Source of the DNA: Rhodosorus marinus CCMP1338
Taxonomy: Eukaryota; Plantae; Rhodophyta
NCBI GenBank assembly: GCA_029953675.1
Contig: JAMWBK010000005.1
Span: 1,860,001-1,924,000 of the forward strand
Length of the DNA: 64,000 bases
Reading direction: 5' to 3'
Below, piece after piece: positions 1-10,394 of the stretch (the first letter of the stretch is position 1; each line of letters opens with the position of its first letter). Below the pieces are notes generated by a model. It was not told the origin of the DNA. It was given only the letters and a program-made list of their open reading frames with translations, and ran no database searches. The position numbers were made by a program, and so were the translations under genes.

Positions 1-312
1 AGTGCTTGTAGAAAATCGAAGTAGTTCTTAAGCAGCAGTAGCAAGTCAGTTTTCATGCGACCAGACGATTCGTCATAAACCCGATCCCTCCGTCAGGACC
101 GGCATGTGGACGACGGGGGAGAAGTCGTCCCTGACACCGCGATGGTGAAGATGAAGCCGTGCATCGATCGGTAGCAGAAGTCTTGCGTTCTTAACAAACG
201 AAGGAATTCTGAACTGATGCAAGATATAAGATTAGAGCGGAAGCTTGAGTGTCTTGGTAGGAACGAGTTGATTGCTTGGAGGTTTGGAGGTGATTGGAAC
301 TGCAAGTAAGAG

Positions 313-819
313 ATGTTCGGTCTAGGTTTGGGTGGAGTCGTGCGCGGTGCGATTCGAGGCCCGACTGGCCGTAGTTTTGTTAGAGGATATCACGATGCGA
401 AAACGGAGCGTCTGAAGAAGATTGGGTTTAAAGGGGTACTTGCTGGTGAATTTGATTATAGCAAGGCTCAAAGCGACTTGGAGCGCGTAACTGTGATGAC
501 AGAAACTAAAGTTCTGCCCGACGGGCGGAGAGTCGACGAGGTTCGAGAGGCGATTTTTGGAAGCGTGGTAATGAAGGGGATTACTCCTAAGAAAACTGTC
601 AGGGATGGCACAAGCTTTCTTATGAGGGAGTTGAAGGGGAAGAGACTAGACGCGTACTACCCTAAAACCCACCGAGGGAATCCCCACACACCATTTGAGC
701 AGACACCCAAGCAGGAGAGGTGGGCTGCAAAGATGGAAACTTTGAAAGCAAAGAACAAGAAGTTTTTCAAGTTTCCTAAGAGAGGGGAGGTTAGATTCAC
801 GAAAAAGAAGAGGAGGTGA
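313..819 (+). CDS. MRPS33: Mitochondrial ribosomal small-subunit protein mS33 (Rsm27-like), 168 aa
   Basis: Single ORF with an Arg/Gly-rich presequence-like N-terminus. The core IFGSVV...RDGTSFLMRELKGKRLDAYYP resembles the mS33/Rsm27 pattern (IFG...RxGxKxLxxxLxGxxxxxYYP). Lys-rich C-terminus. Confidence 0.7.
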   Translation: MFGLGLGGVVRGAIRGPTGRSFVRGYHDAKTERLKKIGFKGVLAGEFDYSKAQSDLERVTVMTETKVLPDGRRVDEVREAIFGSVVMKGITPKKTVRDGTSFLMRELKGKRLDAYYPKTHRGNPHTPFEQTPKQERWAAKMETLKAKNKKFFKFPKRGEVRFTKKKRR

Positions 820-1629
820 GAGAGCCGAGAGGGTGTACAGGCCTTTAGAAAGCAATGTCAATTATTTGAAGGCAGAAAGGTTACAACGGAGAGCGAGCTG
901 CATGGAAGAGCACATGCTTAGTTGTCATGTGGGTTGGGAAACAGCTAGCTGTTATAGCTGTGCGCTGACTCACAAACCCGTGCGGACCGATCAAGTATGC
1001 AATGTTATTGCTAAAAATCCCGGGCCCCGGGCGTGTAGGATACGACTGCCGGCAACAACGTTGAAAAGAATCGTTATACATTCCCACCAAAATTGGTCCA
1101 ATTTCTTTAGGGCGAATTAGCTCTAAAAACAAAATATTAAACGCCATTCCCAGAGGGGAAGTTTTTCCTAGCCCGTTTCAACAACACCCAAGCAGGCGAT
1201 GACAACTGTTGAGCGCACTTTTGAAAGCCCAGAGTACGAGTGAAACGGCGGATTTAGGATCGCAACCCTAGTGACGACACAGCACGGAAAAAGAACACCA
1301 CCGGAAAATGCGATCTTCTCCTACTCGGAGCCAGGCCTGCGCAAAGCTTGGATTATCTAGCCAAGATTCTCCGACCGCGCGCTGCGGACTCCCACAGCAC
1401 AATCCCCTGCTCTGGTGCTCAGTCTAACATATCCTCTCCTCCGCTGAGTCAGGAGCTTCTTCAGACGCCTCCCTGCTCTCCTCTGTGTCGCCAACCTCCT
1501 TTCTGCCCGCGGAAGCTTCGCGCCAGAGCCAAGACGGTGCCTGTTTGAGAAGCGAAGAAAATTTAGAAGAAGCACAAAAAAAGTTTGTAAGAGCTTATGT
1601 TGAAGCAGTTTGCAAAACTGGGAGACATG

Positions 1630-3607
1630 TCATTCTCCCACCTTGGCCGATTCTTCCCCATTCTGATCGCCCCGAAAGGTCGAGTTGATCGCGACCTCCT
1701 TGGAACAGCGCTCCAGGGCCAGCTCCAGCAGGCGATGATTCCTAATCTGTTCCAGCTTACTGAACGTCTGAATTTCGGCAGCGGCACTGGACCGCGCAGT
1801 ATACTCCACTGTGGGATTCACGTACAATCCTAGCAGGTCCTCTAAGCCGAGCTCGGGGGTTATCGTCACGTCACCCTCATAGGGCTGGACAAAAATCGGG
1901 AACAACGCGCGAACAATACCCGGGACGCATCCCAGTTGCGTAAGTTGCCAGTATCGGAACTTAATCTCAGCTTTAAGCAAACTAGCGACACGTGTTTGTA
2001 GAATCCAGCTGTTCCTCAGGAGAACGAAATGTGCATTCACTTGGCTCACGATGAAGTGGTTCACGTTGAAAAGCTCTCCCAGACGTGCCAATGGCACATC
2101 CGCTCGTATGGATCCATCAGCCCACTGTGAGCCGTGTGGATGAACCGCAATTTTTACCCCGCTTACAGATCGACTGTAAAGCTCCACTGGAGCAAAAACT
2201 CCCGGAAGGGCACAAGAAGCAGTCACAGCACTCCACACAAGCACATTAGGGGCCGTCAGGTAGTTCAAGAGAAGCGGAGCTTCCGATCCCTTGGACGGTG
2301 TCACCGTGATGTTCAGAATTCGCCCAGAACGTTTGAAAGCCTCGGCGAACGTGACATCCCCAAAGAGCGATTCCATATAGCTGGCCAAGTGGTCGATGTC
2401 ATGTAGGTTCCCTGTGCGGAAAACGCGCATCAGCTTTGTGAACAAACTGTCATCACCAAAAAAATCGAACGTAATCGGGTCTCCATTCTCCGGGTGTCGT
2501 ACGCCTTCCCCCTCCAACATTTTAGTCAGGACATGATCGCTGAGCAGCCCGACAAGCGCAGCGACGATCGATCCAGCGGACGTTCCGGAGACTACCATGG
2601 GAAGCAATCGCTGTTTCAGCAGCACGCGGACGACGCCAAGATGGTAGACGCCCATCGAGCCCCCACCAGAGAGCACGAGAGCCGTACGTCCGTAGGCGTG
2701 CCGGGTTTCATTGAAGAAAGTAAGCGCTTCGTGTCCAGGGAGCTCCTCATGCTTCCGCGCAATTTGCTCCAGAAGAAATGCCACCACGTTGATGTAGTCT
2801 TCGACGATCTGTTTCGTGCCCCCCGCCGCACACACAGAATACAACTCTGGACTACTCAAGCCAGCAAACTCGCGTGTCATTCCAGAGCGAATCGAGTAGC
2901 ACAGCCCGCTCGTATCCCCCTCATCGTATAGACGCTTGAATTCCAGAAGACGTTTCCTCAGCAGGTCATAGTCCACACTACCCGATGAGCACTCCTCCTG
3001 TTTCCAGCTGAGATTGCCTTCCACTCTATCCAACTCATGTGCCTGCGTCCTCCATGCTTCGTAAGTTGTGCACTTTGCCTGGTCGCAGAAAAGCGGACAA
3101 GACAAAAACATCAGAAATGAACGATAGCTCCGAAAGCAAAACAGGAATTTTTGACAGAGAGGAACGAGGCAGGCTGGTCTCATAGATGAAGCTCTGGGAC
3201 AAGCAATCGTACTATCCAGTGACTATCCTCCGAGCTGTGAAAACACAACCTACCAGTTTCCATTTTGCCGCGGTCACGCGAAAATACCACCGAATCCAAA
3301 GAATCCATCCGAAAAGGACAAGCACGATTACATCAAGGACTGACGCCAGCAGCGTCTTCCTTTCCGATTCGATCTCGGTTTCCTGACTATCTTCAGGAGA
3401 CATTTTGAGCCATCTCTCAATCGAATCCCTTCGCACGGTAGGATAAACTGTGCTGCCAAAAATTGGCGGTTCTGAAGGGTCATCCAAGGGAGAGCTCTTT
3501 CCAACGAGTAGCTTCCGGACCCCACCTCCTGCTCGGCGTAAAGGAGACTGCGGCATTGGAGCGTACATCAGCGAGGCCCTATGTGGAGCATAATGGTGGG
3601 CCCCCAT
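1630..3607 (-). CDS. SDP1: Patatin-domain triacylglycerol lipase, SDP1/TGL4 family (about 600 aa, 2 exons)
   Basis: Motifs LVLSGGG (oxyanion), SGTSAGS (catalytic Ser), WADGS (catalytic Asp), TYEAW...LD, ILNITV, PNVLVWSAVTASCA, NHFIVSQVN. An in-frame GT..AG intron at 3253-3079 joins an upstream exon with a hydrophobic segment (from ATG 3607, MGAHH; start uncertain) to the 1630-3078 exon. Confidence 0.9.
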
Positions 3608-5834
3608 CCAATCCCTTCCCAAAATGAACCCTCCACAGCCGCAACGTACCAAAGCGACTCCACAATCCCAAAAACAGCAAAACCCAACACTCAACCGGCT
3701 GCCAAATCCTACGACGAGACCACCCTGCAGTGTCTTTCCCAATCCTTCCCTAACCCTTCCCCCACTCAAAACCTCAGCTGCTCGCTGGAAGCTGTAGTCC
3801 AGTCAACAAAAGAAAAGAAAAACATGTTCTTCACACTACCAGCTGCGTCTTCTTCAACCACATCTCCCTAACCGAGCTCACAACATCAAGGGTCCGACAA
3901 CCCAACTCCCTCAGTCCTCTAAACCTATGTAAACGGATTCCTCCCTATTGATAAACGAAACCTTCAAGAAGCCAAAAAAAGAAAAAAAGAAGCACTAGGA
4001 TGGATGCTGGAGTCACCGCTCACCCTCCTCCAACCTCCCTCCCCAAACGAAACAGATTGGGATTTTTTTGAATTGGTCAAGAAGCACTGGAAGCACACAC
4101 TTTGTACTTCTCCTTTAGTCTTCAGTGAGCCATTTTAGAAAAAAAAAAAAGAAGAAAACTTGAGCTTTCGATTTCTTCCACACTCTAAAATGGATCCCAT
4201 TCGGACCTTTCTGTTAACCCAACGTTGTTCCTTCTTCTTCAATCTGGAAGCAGTACAAAAAGCAGCGAGACGGACTGGTCCATGGAAGGTTTAGTTAAAA
4301 ACCTCTTTTGTTGTTCTTCTTCAGAACTTTGGGATCCACACAACCCCTCTCCCTCGAGGGATTGGCGTAGCTATCTAACTCGTTCAATCCTTCAAAAGAA
4401 ACGCTCTTTCTACTTCTGATGTGATCCCTTTAGAGCGATTAAAAGAAGAACAAACTCCAGCTGTTATCGTTCAACATCTTCTTCGTCACTATCTCCAAAG
4501 TCTCCCAATACTCTCAACTGAAATCTCGTCAATCTCCAAAAGCAGTGGACCCAAAACGATAGCAAAGTTTCCAGCGCACTGGAAGTCATTTGGATATTTG
4601 CTTTACCCCCCTGAAAGGAATATGAAAACGTGGAAGCACAAATCCGAAATCGATGGTATTTTTTCTATATTTGATGAAGTTGCAGGTATTCCACAAGAAG
4701 TTTTGCGATGATGATATTAGGGGTTGGAGAACTGAGATAAATTGGATTGGGTGGTTGCTGTTATCAAGCAAGAGGGTGCTCGAAACCTTTCGTGTGGACA
4801 TTGCCGAGCTGGTTCAGCAGCTTGGTGCTGCATTTTTGGGAAGAAGCTTTTACAACAGACCATCACGACGACACAGATTATGCAGGATTTTTCGTTTTGG
4901 ACGTTTTGCGTGTCTGTGAGATGTGCCGAATTTCGTGGGATGAAGCCGGTGGTGGAAAAGGCAAGCGCTGGATGCAACTTGGAGTTGTTCTGACAGGAAT
5001 AACGGTCGATGGGTGGTATTGAGCTAGGAAGGACACGCGGTGCTCGCTTCCGGCCACCGTTTCGGTATGCAAATAGTTCTTATCTCCGTTTCGTTGAGAT
5101 TTCGAAACCTCGCGTATTGTCAAAGCTCACCGTACTCGAGAGAAGGAAGGGGCCTGCGCATGAGCTCGCCCTGAAAGTCATCCCGACCTGAGTCTATCTA
5201 GCTATAACCGAACTTCTTGAAACGAGCTGACGCGTCGGTGCATTTCTTTCCAAAGGTTCAACTATTTCATGTCGCCCTCCACTGCCAATATACAATTCTA
5301 GCCTCGCCGGTGGGGGGGGGAGGGAGGGGAGGGGTTCCACACCTCGCCAACCAAAAAAGGAAATTCCAGAACACAATCGCCGCATATCCATTGTCAGTTT
5401 CCGCCTTCCTGCGATATCTCAAAGTTCATTCATCGTCACCACGCCTTGTCTGACAAAGAGTGGCGCTTGAGACGCTCTCTCTACTTCCTAAGCTCACACT
5501 CAGACCTGAACCGCGGTTTTTGGAGGCATTTATTCAACCTCTTGAGCAAAAGCGATGGGGAGTAGTATCAATGCCATGTCTACTAGAAATGACGTCTGCG
5601 TCCTTCCTATCCCATTTGTCTACCGTCCTAGCGAGCAGGTTCTCTACCATAACTACGTACATATAGCGTCTCCCCTGTTGGCTGGTCTTAAGAGCGTTTG
5701 GGGGAGGAGGGCATTGGTAGGGTAGTTTATCTTACGACAAGGGGTTAAAGTTTGTCAACTCTTGGTCTGGAACAGAGCTGGAACAGAGCTGAGACCTAGA
5801 GCCGTTTTAATTGAGTGCAGAAGGAGAGTAGCAG

Positions 5835-6633
5835 ATGGATTCTGACGTGGATGGGTAGGTTTTTGGATGATGATGCGGTGATGTTGTGTACTCTTTTTCT
5901 GAGCTTGGCGTTTTTTGTTTTTTTTCGAACTTTAGTGCGCTTAGGCCATCTGTTTTCTTGAACGTTTACGACTTGCAGGATGCGAGTCGACCTGAGTGGA
6001 TTACGAACTTGAATTGGTACTTGTACTCCATGGGGTTGGGATTGTACCATTCCGCTATCGAAGTTAATGGTAGGGAGTATGCTTTCGGAGGGCACGACAT
6101 GGAAGGAACCGGAGTTTTTGAGAACGAACCTCGTCAAGCATACGGCGCTGTTTTTAGAGAAGCTATACCGCTTGGCAAATCAAAACATCGCGCACAGGAA
6201 ATCCCCAGTATTATTGAAGAGCTCGCAAGGGAATTCAGTGGAGTCTCCTACAACCTGTTCACGAGGTACGTGTTCAGGCTAGAGCCCCAACCATGACCGA
6301 AGAAAAGGGGCTAATATTCCTTGTGAACTAATTGACGAGGAACATCGTTTCAGGAACTGCAATAATTTCTCAGACGAGCTGGGCGAGCGCCTTACTGGAA
6401 AGCGGGCACCCACGTGGATAAACCGACTTGCAAGCTACGGAGAGTCTATTAAGTGCTTTTTACCTCCTGGGGTAGATTCTCCTCATATGGCCCCGGTTCA
6501 GGCACCTCAGGCTTCGATAGGTTACGACAGGGTTGCGTCCGAAGAATTGAGCAACGGAGGTGGTTCGGCAGTGACGGGAACCACGGGAGTTGATCAGGAT
6601 ACAGCCGGAAGACAGCAAAAATCCGCATCGTAG
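5835..6633 (+). CDS. DESI2: DeSI/PPPDE-family deSUMOylating/deubiquitinating peptidase, 209 aa, 3 exons
   Basis: VFLNVYDL, GLYHSAIEV (catalytic His), EYAFGGH, YNLFTRNCNNF (catalytic Cys, formed across a splice junction), P.WINRLA. Exons 5835-5854, 5936-6265 and 6354-6633 total 630 nt; introns are GT..AG. Confidence 0.9.
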
Positions 6634-7256
6634 GATGTAATGTATCATCATCGAACGCGAGACAATTGTGAATTAGACACCTTTGTTCCGTTGAGCAACA
6701 ATGGGTTTTGGGTCTGAACGTTTTTTGACTTTTGTAAAGTAGCCAAGCATTCTCGAGACCTTTTGATGCGTTGGCGTGACCATGACCTGGCAGACAATTC
6801 TGTGAATGAACCCAACTTGAAGATTCAGAGTTCGAGGAATGCAAATTCTGTTTGTCACTCCAGAGGATGATGAAGTACAGAAAATGAGGATATTATGCGG
6901 AACGTCGGGAACACTAGCACCTGTTATTCCTTGACCTGGAGGAACACCTATCCGGCCAATCCATCCCGGATTTAGACTTACTTGTATTTCTGTTTATCTA
7001 ACTTCGTCGTGAGGTAGCATTTATCCGCCTGGAACAATTTAAATTGTCCACCAAGTCTGTGACGGAAATACAAAAATTAACGGGCGTGGAGGCCCTGCAA
7101 CAAAGTCGAAGTTGGGAACAATTTGATAACAAAAAGATAACAACAAGATGAAGAAGCGATGGCAGATTCAACTCTTCCTTCTATTCCATATGATTCTACA
7201 TCACAATCTTCTCTCCGATCGTCTGGTTCAGTTCCGCACCTCGCGGACGCCTCTTT

Positions 7257-8362
7257 TTAAGAGGAACAGCAGCTGTTGCTGCCTGACGAAACTGGAGTGT
7301 CCGTCTCCCGAACACTGATGGTCGCACTCTTCTTGTCTTGAGCTACATCGCTCCCAATCCTGTTTTTGGAATAGGTAGCAACCGGCAACCGCCAAGATTC
7401 AGACGCAACGCTCTTTCCAAGTATCGAAGTGGGGCGCATTAATGAGGGGCTCTGCTATGTTGCAGTCTCCCATATCCAAGTAGGTGTCTACTTACTGCTG
7501 GAAAACTTCTCGCGTCATTGTCAGGAAAGCCTCCTCCACGTTTTCAGCTGTTTTTGCCGAGGTTTCCAAGAACTTCATTCCATTGCTTTCGGCAAGCTCC
7601 TTCCCCCTCTCAGTTTCAACCTCCCTCTTGCCGGTTAAGTCGCTCTTGTTACCAACCAAAAGCTTGTTGACGTCTCCAGATCCATATTTGTTAACTTCAC
7701 TAAGCCACATCTCGACATTTTCAAAGCTCTGCTTGTTTGTCACATCTACAGGCCGCAAATATTTGGGGATATGGCCATGAGTTTGATGGGAACGCGAGGA
7801 CCAGAGAAGCTTTCGTTCATTAGTTTAAAGATTAGTTATTTCTTGAATAGGGTTCTCCTGGAATGCTCACCGTAGACAATGATGATGCCTTGTGCCCCTC
7901 TGTAGTACGCAGCTGCGATCGTTCGGAACCTTTCCTGGCCAGCAGTATCCCAAATCTGCAGTTTGAACGTTTTCTTGTCCAGCTCCAAGGTACGAATTTT
8001 CTACACGAGAGGATTCAGGAGTGTGTGGAAATTTTTGAATAAGTTGAACGTAAAACGGTTAAACAATAGGCCCTTTCTCTTCCCTCTTTTCCCCGTTTTG
8101 TTCCCGCTGCGCTTTCAAATATGCAGGTCAAGTGCTGCGAATCCAGTCAAGGCACGAACCCAGACACAAAGAACAATCTGGACACAGACTGGCTTTTGGA
8201 TTTCGATAAACTTACGAAATCAACTCCGATCGTGCTCATCTGACTCTCGTTGAAAGAGCCATCAGAAAACCTCAACAACAAGCAGGACTTGCCCACGCTC
8301 GAATCTCCGATGAGCAACAGCTTGAACAGATAATCACTACGCAAAACGGATTCGACAGACAT
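7257..8362 (-). CDS. RAB1: Rab1/Ypt1-like small GTPase, 209 aa, 4 exons
   Basis: [38 protein letters not shown] and a C-terminal CCSS prenylation motif. Exons 8362-8216, 8000-7871, 7745-7496 and 7359-7257 total 630 nt; all introns are GT..AG. Confidence 0.9.
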
Positions 8363-8944
8363 GGTTTGAAGTCAGCATTAATCCGGCTACCTTCATGTGT
8401 TCCAAACAGAAAGCTTGTGAATCAAAATTGTTGGCGAAGTACGCACTAATTGGAATGTTGAGCCATTTGGACTTGTAATCGGATCCAAGCTCTCACCAAC
8501 GTAAGTCAAGCTTGAGATCAATCACCAGAACAAACGAGCTAGCGGGTAACAACAACAAAATAGGCGCTCCTTTCACTCCCAGATCTACTCCCAAACCTGA
8601 TTGGAAATAAAACCCCCCAAATAACAAAGGTATCCCTCCTATTCCTACCACACTAGCCAAACTTTCACCTTCGACTCCGTTCATACAAGCCCCGTCCCAC
8701 CCCCCGCCCAACTACCCCGAAAGGAAAACGAACAAAATGTTCTATTAGTGGCGACTAATCCCCATCCACCCCAGCAGGCATATGACTCAAGAAGTGGTCT
8801 CTGCTCTCTGAATTCCATAAGAAAAACTATACCATCAGCATCTTCTCTAAAACAAGAACGAGTGGCTCCAAAAATAAACCCAAAAAGGGCTATCCCTCCT
8901 AAATAAATTCATCAAAAAACATATCCATATTCTTGGATACACTA

Positions 8945-8953
8945 TATACCCCC
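8945..8953 (+). promoter_or_regulatory. TATACCCCC motif (one of seven intergenic TATAYCCCC copies)
   Basis: Lies in the AT-rich island upstream of the Rab gene. Other copies at 28797, 28922, 29317, 41711, 42979 and 63899. Confidence 0.4.
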
Positions 8954-9413
8954 TCCATATGAGGATCACCAAACATTTTTCTGTACCATTTATTTTAGTA
9001 ATTTTAAATTTTAGACTAATCTTATCGCTTCCGTACAGTCATATAACAGCCGTTGTAGATATTTAGGAGATAAATAGCATTATCTACGACTGTCCAAGTC
9101 TATGCCTCCTAATCAATAATAAGTGTTTTTCTACTTTTCGTGAAGGGAAAAATTAAAAACTTTTTGGTTTTATGATGATTGAGTATTGCATATAATGATA
9201 TTTTTTTTTGAAAGGCGTTGCTGTTAGTTTGAAAACGAGAGACGTTTTTCTGTTCTTGAAAGTTGAAAATATTAATTGCGGGTGCTTTTTTAGAACCTTT
9301 TTTGACTTTTTCTTTTGCCTCTTTCTAGCCGGAAGGCTCTGTTTGACGAAGTTTTCGGGTCATCGTGGGAGGCGTGCCATGTGTGCGCTTATTCGCAAAC
9401 TGCTGGCGTTTAA

Positions 9414-9541
9414 GGCTGTGTCCCTGGAGTAGCACCCTTGGATGGTTCAGGTGCTGTGAAAGTCTGCTGGAAACTCTCGCAGCGAGTATATGACATAACC
9501 CCCAACTGCATCTGTCCCTGACTTTTGGCGGGCTTACGGCT
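9414..9541 (+). ncRNA. Candidate RNase P/MRP-like structured RNA core (tentative)
   Basis: A hairpin (AGCACC/GGTGCT, 9431-9455) directly precedes GAAAGTC (9458-9464). AAGTCTGC (9460-9467) can pair with GCGGGCTT (9528-9535), which runs into GGCTTA. The flanks GGCTGT/ACGGCT can pair. The region is ORF-free, but the spacing is much shorter than in known P/MRP RNAs. Confidence 0.25.
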
Positions 9542-10062
9542 CAAAATGTGATTTCGCCGTAAATCTGAATCATTGTGTGCTTTTGACATGAGATCAGTTT
9601 AGTTCGTTTTGGTAGTGAGGGCATTTGTGAGTTCTACAGACGCTTCCTTTCCGGTGACGCCCAGTCCTCGCTCTCCACCAGCCCTGGTAAAACGCTTTTT
9701 TCTGCTGGCCGGAACTCGGTTTAACAAGCATGCCTCACGCCGCCCTGCCCTAGAAGGCTGGCATGTAGAGCACCTTGCTAGGCTCCTGAATTGTGTTACC
9801 CGAGGCGAAAGCTGATTCAGGTCTTGGCTTCCTTAGAATGCAAACTCTCTTTATCAATGCGCCTAAACCACTGTAGCCTAAAATGCGGGTGAAACTCGTG
9901 CCGACTCGGCGCTCGGCCCACGAGCCATTGGTAGAAGGGCAGCTGGTACGTTCGTTTGTCGCGAAGAACGCTGAGCGAAAACGAATGAGTGTTGATTATG
10001 CTCAGATCAATTGAAAATGGGTTTCTGAAAAATCGCAAGAAGCTACAGGAAACGCTCAACAT

Positions 10063-10394
10063 TTAATGATCCACAGTTCCGTTCCCATTCGCTACAGCAC
10101 CGTTCCCGTTCGCCGTCGTGCTATGTCCATTAGTTTCAGCCTTGACGAGCTTTTCCCCTTCTTCAAGGGAGATCTTCGCAGCGGATTTCTTCCTGTGGAC
10201 AGCGACGATAACCTAAACAAGCACCGCACCCAAAATAAACTCGCGAATCAGTTCAGAAGGAGCCGAAATTGTCCAGCGCGTGGCGACGCGAGGGCTGTAA
10301 TTCTTTGCCTAGTACGCACCGTGATTGTGGCAATCACACCGGCGGCAATGCCTACACCAGCGATGATCTTCTCGTTGTCCGTCAGCGTCCTCAT
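10063..10394 (-). CDS. 74-aa single-pass membrane microprotein, 2 exons
   Basis: Exon 10394-10320, intron GTGCGT..TTTAG (10319-10213), exon 10212-10063. Product: MRTLTDNEKIIAGVGIAAGVIATITVIVAVHRKKSAAKISLEEGEKLVKAETNGHSTTANGNGAVANGNGTVDH. The transmembrane segment is completed only by splicing and is followed by a basic RKK cluster. Confidence 0.75.

Noticed and set aside
4190-5700. Chain of short overlapping ORFs suggesting a frameshifted pseudogene
   Set aside because: No recognisable motif in any frame and no consistent splice model; cannot be supported.
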